Of a stretch of DNA of 64,000 nt, positions 1-11,039 are shown one piece after another. The notes beneath the pieces were generated by a model. The model was not told where the DNA came from and did no database searches. It saw only the letters and a list, made by a program, of their open reading frames with translations. Numbering within the stretch: the first letter of the stretch is position 1; the number at the start of each line of letters is the position of its first letter. The DNA is from Antedon mediterranea (taxonomy: Eukaryota; Animalia; Echinodermata). Both the position numbers and the translations under genes were made by a program. The DNA lies in contig NC_092677.1 of the NCBI RefSeq assembly GCF_964355755.1, positions 5,912,101 through 5,976,100 of the forward strand, read 5' to 3'.

Positions 1-577
1 ATGTTATGTGACTTTTAATAATCTTATTCTCACTGTGAACGACCAGTACATCTCACTTCCTATTTCAATGACCGTTTATGCTTTACGACATTCGTCATTA
101 TCAATCACGCGTAACGGATTGTAACTAGTGCCATCACATAACATAACGTAGTTACAACTTTGTAGTTTGAATTATAACAAGAGGCTACAACATTAGTTTC
201 CTATCAATAAGGTCAAATGTTTAAAAAAGCGTATTAACGGCTATTAAGAAAGCAGTCAGTAAATAGACCTAGTTATGATGACAAGTGCCATTAATGCTGT
301 AAACGAGGTGTCACCACTCGGTAGAATTTGTTATTTAAAAGAAAGTCAATTTATTTTAAAATCGACCGGTTCTTTTGATTTCGTATCACTAGATCGCTCA
401 ACTATAATATGATATTGTTTTTTATAGCAACACTAAGCAATAACATATTTGTTCAGCCCGTTCTGTTAAAAATTGCATGCGTTATTAATCATTCATTATA
501 TCTCACAACAACTTTTTGTCGCTGATCATATTAATAATAATTTATGTTTGAATTATTGTTATTTATTTTAATTTCAG

Positions 578-595
578 TTCAACTCCAACCGCAAG
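578..595 (+). CDS. Gene 1 candidate 18-nt microexon (xQLQPQ)
   Basis: T-rich acceptor ending atttcag and donor AAG|gtaat; phase 1-1 and in frame with the next exon. Confidence 0.55.
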
Positions 596-3061
596 GTAAT
601 TTCTAATTACGGAATGTGAACCCGTTTTCTATACTAAGTATTTAAGATACTAATCCCCTTGAACAGTCTGGTCGATAAAATTATAATATTTTATTAGTAC
701 AGTACATACAAATATATAACCTTGCATGATAGATATGTTTCAAATATTTGTTTTCAAATTTTTCACAATTTTGAATACTTTTTTTAAAAAACTATACCAG
801 CATACGACATTTTAAAGTGTGTTGTGGTACGCCATGTGCAGGCCTATAGAAGACGTTGTATCTTAACAACCGAAACATCAATACATTTTCATACTTTAAT
901 TTATTTTCTTTTGGAAACACATGGTGTACTGCAACTAACTTTACCAGTGCTTATTCGCCATGCAACCATTTACATTTTACGAAACTTATTGTATGATATA
1001 CAATTTAAATGTTATGTTTTGTGTGAACGTTAAGTTATAATAATTACTGATATTATGGTATTAGTTATTTAACTGATGTATTTAATGTATAGGTTCAAAT
1101 CACACTTTTATATACACCAGTAGTGTAACAGCCGAGAGTATGTCGACGGTGCGACTACTATGCAGAGTGGACAACATTCCATTTACTACTGATATCGTTC
1201 ATTGGTATATAATACCAGACGGTTAGTAATGCATTGAAAGGTTTGTATAAGCAAGGCAATCTAACAACAGAACACTGAGCAGCTCAGTGTAGCAGAGATA
1301 GGAACATGTTACTGTCCTTTGACCTTATGTGTGGTTACGACAAATTCCTACAGTACTGTACTATGTACATTATTCTCCGCGGCGTGTTGTCTTTTAAGGG
1401 GCGTGGAACAACTGATCATGTCGCAGCCACAGAGTGACACTTTGATTTCTGGAGCTTGGCATTCTGTTGTCAGATTGCCTTTGTATAAGCAGGGAAGAGT
1501 AATTTGGTATAATGGAGTATGTATGTAGGCCTATTTGATAGCAGTAGACAACATTGAGGAAGTTAATATACGACTTCATTTAATCCTGTCGTTATGAATG
1601 TTGCACTGTATATACTGCAAAAGCAAACTGGTTTGGCAACAAAAGTGTGATATGCATAAATAAGGTTATGATATGCCCAAATATGGTAGTGATATGTCAT
1701 CACAATGTCTATATTATGAGCACATCAGATGTTTTTGTCACATAAAGGTTGATAGTGCAGACAGAGCTTGGACTCTAAGTAGACCTTCACCACAAAAAAA
1801 AAGAATAATCATACTACCGAGTCTTCGTTGTAAAATGTGAATGTAAAACATAAAATAATAATAAATATAAAATAAAAAATAAAATAATATAATTCTCTTT
1901 CCTTTAAAAAAAATACAAATTCTATACAGTAATATGAAAGAGTGGGCAAATTTAGGAAAGCCAAAGCTTGTGTCAGGAAATAATTTGAGAAAAAAACAGG
2001 TTGTTCCACAATTTGTACGATTGGTTTTATATTTTGTAAGGTTTGGTATAGACATAGTTAGAATGTTTTAGTTTTATGTTCATTTTATGAAATCATATTG
2101 GTTGTTGATAATTTGGAATTATTGCCTCTGGCCTTTTGATGATTTCAAATGATTCATTTTTCTTCCACAGGAACTGATGGTGAACGGATATCTACCGATG
2201 GAAGACGAGTTAGTAAATTTACAAGAATGGAACCGAAGTTCGACATACAAAATGGAATATATGATCTAATTATATTCAATGCAACAGTAAATGATACATC
2301 AACGTATAAATGTTTTTTCAATCTACCAGAGTCAATCGATCTGATATCTAAGCTTATAGTGAATAAAACAGGCAAGTACTATCATTGTAAATGATAAGGT
2401 GTCATGTTTAGCGACAACAATCATCTTGGAAGTCTAAGCGCATAACTTAACCTAATATGTAACCTCTCACTAATGATAGTCCTATGACTTGCGGAAAAGA
2501 GTCGAAAAACTGTTTTGAAACCTAGTTAGATCCTGTATTCACGAGACCCTGGGATGGAATACTGTGCATCGCGATAAACCTTCTTGAACGAGTCGAAAAT
2601 GCAAGAACTACTTTCATGAGTTTTAATTTTATCATTGGAGTCATCATTGTTTAAAAATTTATTTCAGATAGCATTGATGGAATTTCTCAGTAGCATCCTA
2701 TATTTACTTAATTAATTAATTTTTCTTTTCAGGCCTTATATCTATAAAGAAAATAACATCAGATACGAAACAAGGAGTTACGGTGTCTACCAAAAGACGA
2801 AGAGCTGTCTTCAATTATGAAACAGGTAAAGACGCCCAGCTTGATTGTGACACCGATCAAATAAGAGGAGATCCATTTTTTCACGTAGGCTGGGGACGAG
2901 AAGGAGCACCGATAAAATACTTTGACGGCAATTATAGCTTCATTTCGGGCAAAACACTCCTATTACCGAAGTTAAATTATAGTGATGCCGGAAGGTATTA
3001 TTGCGAAACTAGAAATTCGTTCGGTAAAGACTACTTGATGATTGATATTGGAGTTGACTGA
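578..3061 (+). CDS. Gene 1 (5'-partial): two-Ig-domain IgSF protein without TM/GPI anchor; join(578-595,1093-1221,2171-2371,2733-3061)
   Basis: All introns are phase 1 and splice into one open frame: ..QLQPQ/GSNHTFIYTSSVTAESMSTVRLLCRVDNIPFTTDIVHWYIIPD/GTDGERISTDG..YDLIIFNATVNDTSTYKCFF..VNKT/GLISIKK..AQLDC..VGWGREG..TLLLPKLNYSDAGRYYCETRNSFG..IGVD*. Canonical Ig B-Cys, C-Trp and DxxxYxC motifs occur twice. No start or signal exon was found in the window. Confidence 0.85.
1093..1221 (+). CDS. Gene 1 exon, Ig1 N-half
   Basis: gtatag|GTTCAAAT...GACG|gttagt; encodes VRLLCRV..IVHWY. Not in the ORF track. Confidence 0.85.
1253..1481. mobile_element. MULE/Mutator-type MITE with 9-bp (up to 11-bp) TSD
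   Basis: TIRs aaggcaatctaacaacagaa / ttctgttgtcagattgcctt, flanked by direct repeat tgtataagc at 1244-1252 and 1482-1490. Confidence 0.75.
1623..1768. mobile_element. Harbinger-type MITE family A, degenerate copy
   Basis: Shares atatggtagtgatatg core and ttgatagtg(c/t)agacagagct end with 17555-17663. Confidence 0.6.
2171..2371 (+). CDS. Gene 1 exon, Ig1 C-half
   Basis: ttcttccacag acceptor; encodes YDLIIFNATVNDTSTYKC; ends at GC donor CAG|gcaagt. Confidence 0.85.
2733..3061 (+). CDS. Gene 1 terminal exon, Ig2 (I-set-like) and stop
   Basis: ttttcttttcag acceptor; DAGRYYC motif; TGA at 3059-3061; AATAAA at 3274-3279. Confidence 0.88.
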
Positions 3062-6000
3062 CATCACGTGATCAATAAGCTTTCAGCGAGACTTTTACAA
3101 ATGACCTAGTCATGGAACTAAGATTCATCAAGGCAAATACATAACATTAATATTTTCGTTTTAAACTGAAATGATTAAAGTGCCAGTGTTGTGTTCCATT
3201 TAAATACGGGTTGACAACAATTATAGAAATTAGGACGACACGCACCAACGAACCCAATCGCATACAAACGAAAAATAAATCGCTTTTTGACGAACTGAGA
3301 TAATTTCTTGATAGAACAAAAGTAATTAGGCTGTTGTATCATTTAGGCGCTCTTTGATTATTGTGTTTAACTACGACTTGTAAATAATTAAGTTATGCCT
3401 ATAATTTGTGATAAAAGATGAACAACGGTATAAAAATAGAATTAGGGGTCACGTAGGCCTCTTCTAGGTTATTATATCCTTAATTTCTTAGGATACATTG
3501 TTGTGTTTTTGCCAGGACACTGTAGGCCTACCCAATTCTGAACCGGAGACTGTAGACTAGTAAGTTCTACTAAAAAATAATGCTACTCATCTCGAAATAT
3601 CATTTATTTTGGGATAAGCCTAAAGTATCGATAGCTGAAGTCGAGTTGTAATTACAAATATTGAAGACTATTTTTTTAAAAAGATTAAAAGTATATTGAT
3701 CGAGAGACTGTTACACATTCAAGAAAATACTATTTACTTTCTTTCTAAAAATGAAAGCAGCTGGGAAAGGTTGAAGAATTATATAATTGTGAAGGTTAGA
3801 CTGATATAGACAGAATACAATTTTTCTTTTGGAAAATAAATAGAAACACAATTTAAGATACGAAGGCCAAACATCAAAATACACCACCACCGTTACAACC
3901 ATGCAGAAATGTAAAAGCGTATACCAGAAAATCAACTGAATTTTCAGATTGATTATTGATAAAACTTCAAATAATGAAAGATGTATACAGCATTGGAAAA
4001 AAAGATAAGTCAGTGAAGATAGTTTTTTGCACTGGTATTACCCATACAGTATAATAGAATGCTATTTTTATTTTCTACAAGTGTTAAAACTTAATCCATG
4101 AGATGGTAAAGATTTAGTTAACAATAATTATACAGGACCAACATTCCTTCGTTACTTACATTCTAGTGATTAAATGAAATTATTTAAAAAAAATCGTGAT
4201 AAAAAATATATTTAATGTTACTGTATTGTTTGAATAACATAAGTTCAGAAAACAATTTATCATAATGAAATGATTATTATTAAAAGAGCTTGAATTATAG
4301 AAACCGTTTCTAAATTAATTATAGTGGTATTAAAACGGTCTGTAAGAGCAATTTATGTAGGCCTACATGTTTAGTATAATAGTACATTGTAAACAAGCTT
4401 TTATAAATCAATAAAGAAAAACATGCCTGAACAATTATAATCTTTTTTTCTGAAGTAATAAGAACAATTGGAATTGGGACCATGTAAGCTGATAGTCTTT
4501 TATGCAAGGGATATCTGTGGTAATGCTGCTGAAAAGGTGTTCGACCAAAGATAACAGAACGAGGTTCTATGACAACTGGACAATTCCATCAGGATGATAA
4601 TTACCTCCAGGAAAGAGCTTCCCAAGGAAAAAGACAACTATCCAGAACAATTATCACAACCATGTATAGGCTCCTATCCATTAAAATACAACTAACCCCT
4701 AGGAAAATTAGGAAGACATCTAATCCAATGCAATCTTAATTGAACCTTATTATGATATTTGCTTGAAGTAATTCCCATATTCTGGTGGTTGTTGTGTGCG
4801 TGTGGGCTGTTCCTGTGGTGTGAACACCATGTTTAACAAGGTGCAGGCCTACATTTAGTTTCTGGAGGTAAGTTTCTGCCGGTAAAGAAATCTGTAAATG
4901 ATCTAACTATTTTCAGGAAATAATAATAATAATATTATTATTATTGAGAACAGTTATTTTGGGAGCAGTACCAATAAAGCACAGCTGTTGAATAGCTACT
5001 AAATTTATAAAAAAAAATGTCGCACAGAAAAAAATACAACTATTTATCTGAGTCGCGTCTCCGATCATTAACGATAATTTATACAGCATGATTACAAATA
5101 CTGTGTAATAAAATGTTCGGTTTATTATTTTATCCTCAATTGCCTACTAACATTTTTTTTTATTATTTCAATATAAAAAAAGCAGTTTTCCATTATTATC
5201 AATGTCAAAATTTATAATATCTGTGTTAGGAGTTTTCTTCTTTATCATACCGTCAATATCAATTTTAAAATCCGATAGAACCTCTATTATGAGGACATCT
5301 TCTGGTCCCGGCAACGTTACCTCTGTATAGTGGTTTTCAGTAATAATGTTAAAACATAAGAATATTATACCCTTTATATTTTCACAAGAAAGTGTCTACA
5401 AAATAGGGAAGAGAAATTAGACATTTTTTTAAATCAAAACTAGAGAGGGCGTATCTCCAATCTCACAGCTGTTTTGAATTTATAAAAAGATAAAGTAGAT
5501 TTTAAGATCTCAAATTGTGCATTTTACATTTAATGGACACGAACGTATAGCGATTACAAAAAAACAGAAAGGAAATTGGTAACTGAATTTTATACGGATC
5601 ATTTTGTCATCAACATTTATAAGCAATACAATGGCCATAACTAAATATTGGTGTAAAAAAGGTATATACTTACAAAACATGCCAATTGAAATTTAAGAAA
5701 ATCGGTTTATTAATAACTTCACAAATAAAGAAAAAACATGTGCTGAAATATCAACGTTTGCCCTCTGTGGCAATATTTATAATATAAGTACTTCAATCAG
5801 TTTCCTAGTGCTTTAATTGTATGATTTACTAGTATGTCAGTAGGCACGGCCTTATCTTCATAGAAACAAGACCAAAGCCTAAATCACTTAATATAAATAT
5901 GTCGTATGAATTGCAGTAAACAAATATTAATGATAAAGATCGATTCGTGTTCATTTCACCATTGTGATAATAAACTAATCACAAATCTAATATTTTATAA

Positions 6001-8995
6001 GCTACACTCACCCTAAAGCCTTAAATCATCTGTCGGTAGGCCTTTCTACCTCCAATCTATTGTTATCATCAGTATCATTTTTGTTATTTCGTTTTATCTT
6101 TCCCCTGGGAAGTGGATATTTTCAGGAATCTTAACAAACACCTACAGGCCTACCATAATGACATCATATTTATCTAATTACATTAGATATATACAATTTA
6201 CATACATTGTAACTGTTTATGTTAGTTTTGTTTTTTGTTGGAACAACCCATCTTTGTTACTTATTTATTATTTATTACTTCAGAGAGATTAAATACAAAT
6301 TGACACCATTAATAAGATTTAATGTGTTAAAATGTATAGGACTAATACTTAATTCATATAGTTTGTAGACTAGTTATAACTGTTAATTGTAAGTATCTAT
6401 ACAGTACTTACAGCATTCGTAAAAGTGAATTTCAATATCGAATCATTTTGGCCGGCGACTATGAATCCTGGCAGACTTATGTTATGTTTACATCAAGACA
6501 TTGCTAACTATTGTTACGCTCCTTCAACAACAACATCTGTTTTCTTTAATATGCAATTTCTCACGCCGTGTGGTATGCAAATGTTTTTATTGAAACTTCT
6601 TGAGAGTTTGTACTATTATAGAGGGCACTAATTATTAGTCATGGACTTGCGCATAATATGCACTAACCATGAGGTATACCTTCATGCACTAACCATTCGT
6701 GGATATTTTTCATGCGGTTCTTAATAAACGTTTTGAATCAAATAAAAAAAGTCACACAAAGACTTTAGTTCAGTATAAATCAATTTTATTAAGTTTTAAG
6801 ATCATTTTACATACCCTGCAGTCACCAAAAATATTGTTATAGAAAACAGTGCAAAGTTATTTCAACCAAAATGTCGCCCTCTATCTGTTTTAAAACTCCT
6901 TTAAAATATTAAAATGAATGCCCGTGTTACATTTTACTATTTGACCATTTTTAACAATTAGCTGGTTCACACTTACCACACCTTATGCCGTGTGCATCAG
7001 TTAGGTCTAAAAATGATTTTTTTTTTGTTCAATTTGCAGCACAAATGCCTATGCCATTATTATAAACATAACAATTTTCCACAGCTTAACATTGATTGAT
7101 TTTTACGAAAATTTACTGCATTTCATTTATAGAGAAGAGCATCTTGACAATTGCGTAAGAAAGCAGGAACAACACAATCTGACACACTTGGTTAAAGCTT
7201 CACATTTTTGTTTAGATTTTTGAAGAATAATCATTCAATTACTCTTTAGATATCACATTTCTAAGTACAGCAATGTTCTTACTTTATCGACGCATCTAAG
7301 TATACACATAAACTGGGGTATCATATTTCAAGATTATAAAAATCGTATAACCTTACATATAAATGTCACCATTTTTATTTTAAGATCTCCAATATACTTG
7401 TGTGGGGGTTGAAGAGAATGGCAAGTATTTTTTCCGGCACATATCCAATTGCATATTATGCTGTTGAGGAAATAAAAAAACCTACCAAACTAAAATGTTT
7501 TCTATTGAGGTCTGAAGCAGAAATCATGAATAATGCAAGAGATTAAATTATAATTACAGGATTGCCGATCCATTTCCTAAAAATGACTGAACCTAACACT
7601 CTAATAATCATATCAATAATCTCTACCAAAGATTTCGATGGGTTTCAGGTCCACAACTAGAAGTCTATACCATTGCTGGCATGCAGATATAACCTTTGAC
7701 ACAAATTTGTCCATATATAGCGCCTTCTTATAATGTCCTAATTAATTTAATGCCATAATTTAATTGAATTATTCATGATTTTCACGTACAGAAAAAAACA
7801 ATTGTGCGGAAGGCGGAATCGTTGGTTCCCACTAGAGACGCAATGCAAGGGAGTAAGCGCAGTGCAAGTGATTTGACCAATCACAAGCGATGAAATATTC
7901 GAACTGACTGTCGCTTGTCATTGGTCAAATGGCATGTCTCTAGTTGGAACCCGGCCATCACCAACCTACAATCAATATCTCAAAATTCAATTTACAACTT
8001 ACAATATTATTATTGTATTTAATATTCTTATTAATAAAAGAAACTTATATATATATATATATAAATATATATAAATATAAACGAGAAACTGTACATTAAT
8101 GAATAATAATAATGTAACGATAGTGAATAAACTGAATTCAAAGTAACAATTTGCATACAATTTTCAAAATTGAGAATATACAATAGCTGATATTTACACA
8201 CAAATCTATGCCTTTTTTTTTTTTAAATATTTTTCTTAAAAGTATTACAAATTTGTTTAAGGATATGGCCATTTCAAATGACATCTTGATATTTTAAGAA
8301 GAAACATCGACAATGTATTTACATCATCCACAATCGTTTTCCAATGAAAGACATTTGCTGTTATACAAACAAGATTCACCTGCAGGGCAGGATGCATGAA
8401 TGCACGTGTGTATTGATTTCTTTGAGATAAAACATTATAAATCTACGTCACCTGGTATTCCCAGGTAGGCGGTGTCCCTTTGAAATATAAAAAATGACAG
8501 ATCATTTCTTTTACTTTGCTGCTGAGTCGAAAATGATGATTATAAACACCCATAGAAATATGAAATTTGTTTTTTTTTCAAATTCAATGCATTCATCTAT
8601 CTTTTCTTTTTACAAATGTGTTTCTTTGTTAATAGGTAAATATTGCTTGTATAATATCAAATGCATCATAAATTACCCACACTGCTTTTCGTTAAGACAT
8701 AATGCTTCAAAATGATGTATATTACGTAACGTAATATGCCTAATGCTTTCTGATAGTTTGCATAATTTTCTATTTTACAATATTAAACCGTTCAATAAAA
8801 CGATCATATTACATCGACAACTTAACCTTTCTATCGATATATATTTTTCAGAGCGGCGTCGGAACCTATCGGCCAAGATTCTTTAACAGCTCCATCTAAT
8901 TTATAGCATAAGGCATTGGAAATACAGTATGCTGTTCTATAGACAATACCATTATTATGTGAGGTATCTTATATGACATCTCTTTGTGTGATCCA

Positions 8996-9342
8996 GTGAG
9001 TGAGTGGCCGAGCGGTTAAGACAGTGGAACCGTAATTACGTAGCCATAACATTGGCAAGGGTTCGAGGCTCACTCGCTCCATGGTTCAGGTGGTAGAACA
9101 AGTCTTCTCGGATAAGGACTATATAAACCGTAGGTCCAGTGTATGCATATTGCTCGTTTGCACTTTAAATAGACGAGTAAGGAGTTACCCCGGTGTCCTA
9201 GTTCACACACACTGTCGTGGATAGACGTTGGTGCCGTACTTGGCTGCCGATGACACGATGTGACCCTTAGGGAGAAGAATGTTGTTGAAAAGGTGTGACA
9301 AGTCAACAACGCTCTGATCTTCATGAAATAGCGCTATATAAT
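8996..9342 (+). mobile_element. tRNA-headed SINE with Deu-domain-like core and L2-like tail
   Basis: Box A TGGCCGAGCGG, box B GGTTCGAG. Core tctcggataaggact..aaaccgtaggtcc..gagta..ttaccccggtgtcct resembles the DeuSINE domain as recalled, not searched. Ends gcgctatataa. Confidence 0.7.
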
Positions 9343-9828
9343 AGGCGCATCATAAAATGAATCACTGTGATTCCGTCATTCGGTAGAAATAGTTTCGAGA
9401 CCCAAGAGCTGTGGTCTTAGAGAATCTAATAAGCAACATACCTTTAAAAAAAACGGAACTCCGCCAATTAAGCTTAGTTCCTACCTGGACGTGATTGACC
9501 AATCAAAATTGATAAATTATTCGAACTGTTGGTCAATTCGCTTTCTTGCGTCCAAGGAACGGTTTCTTCATTTTTACCTCTATGCCTCACAGTGCTACAT
9601 GGTAGATTGACCCATTGGAATGCAGGAGTAAATTATATCGACGTATTGAAAAGTTGTCAATTATTCAAAGGCAATTTAGAGTGAACCATTTAAATTGACA
9701 ACGTCTAAAACCTACTTTATACATAAACGTTTTCCACCTTACTTCAAATTATGACGCTTATAACGTGATCTTAAAGTGTTTTCTCAATGAACCAACTGTC
9801 GAATCAGTTACATATTTATGTTACCAGA

Positions 9829-10035
9829 TTCTCGGAGAAGGACTATAAACCGTAGGTCCAGTATACACTTCTGGCTCATGTGCACTTTAAAGAATATAGT
9901 ACATCTTTCGAGACGAGTAGGGGTTTACCCCGGTGTACTAATATACACACAGCCACTGTCACTCATCAAGAGGGCCCCTTGATTGTGAGCATACGCTGTT
10001 TGTGAATACCCTCTATAAATAAGGTTTAATAAAAA
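9829..10035 (+). mobile_element. 5'-truncated copy of the same Deu-like SINE with A-rich tail
   Basis: ttctcggagaaggactataaaccgtaggtcc..gagtaggggtttaccccggtgt aligns with 9105-9216. Confidence 0.7.
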
Positions 10036-10275
10036 AATAAAAAAGTAAAAAAAAAGATTAAGTTATGATACACTATTCTTATGATACTTGAGAAATCTAG
10101 ATCGACAAAGTAGCGCCAAATCTTATAATTATGTATTGTGTCTCATAACCTGTATATTATCAGTAATTGTTGTTTACATCAAAGCAATTATACAACAAAA
10201 TACGGAAATGGTGATCTAACGTCTAAAATTGTATTGGTATAAAATTAAAATACACCGTAGATGGTGCTATTTTTA

Positions 10276-10559
10276 TGATTATAACAGGAAAGAGTGAAAT
10301 CACAATTCACTCTTCTCTGATTATACACAGAGGGAGAAATGTTTATTGATTATAACAGGGAAGAGTGAAATCACAATTCACTCTTCTCTGATTATACACA
10401 GAAGGAGAAATGTTTATTGATTATAACAGGGAAGAGTGAAATCACAATTCACTCTTCTCTGATTATACACAGAAGGAGAAATGTTTATTGATTATAACAG
10501 GGAAGAGTGAAATCACAATTCACTCTTCTCTGATTATACACAGAAGGAGAAATGTTTAT
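10276..10559. repeat. 4 x 71-bp tandem repeat; each unit has a ~20-bp-stem hairpin and a minus-strand AATAAA
   Basis: Units start at 10276, 10347, 10418 and 10489; units 2-4 look identical and unit 1 has 2 substitutions. Confidence 0.95.
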
Positions 10560-10920
10560 TTTCAATGTAAAGTTAAAGATTGTTTATATGTTATGGTTTT
10601 TACAGGTTTCTACATACACTTTCAAACTCTATTATATAAAAAATATTAGGAGATCCCGTTTGTTAAAATTTAAACTCACCAATTGTTTGTTACGTCATAT
10701 GGTTCACCATTTTCGCCTTTTGCAATCATAGTTTAATCTACAGTGTTAAGTGTATAGAATTACATAAAGTATAAAAACATACACTGTTAATAATTACATT
10801 ATCATCACCACTTTGCATCAAATACTATTTAACAGTAGGCCTACATGTTCATTGGTATATTCAATTAATTGAAATTGATGAATTATTTACAAGACTGTAC
10901 AATGGGTATCACTCGCTGTC

Positions 10921-11039
10921 TCATAACATTATAAATTTGCATATCAAAACGCATATGATGACCAATATAGAGGCCACTCTGTTGGTCCTAGCTTCGTTAT
11001 AAGTTGCTTCTGCCACGGCTGATGTCATTCGTACCAAGC
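10921..11039 (-). CDS. Gene 2 terminal exon, GPI-type C-terminal signal
   Basis: ttttgtctag acceptor; encodes GLVRMTSAVAEATYNEARTNRVASILVIICVLICKFIML*, a hydrophobic end with no cytoplasmic tail. Confidence 0.78.

Noticed and set aside
4575-4970. Degenerate ggacaatt..cc / gg..aattgtcc-type foldback element
   Set aside because: Too diverged to define ends or a TSD.
10276-10559. CRISPR-like look (palindromic repeat with regular spacing)
   Set aside because: The intervening sequences are identical rather than unique spacers, there are no cas genes, and the context is eukaryotic.
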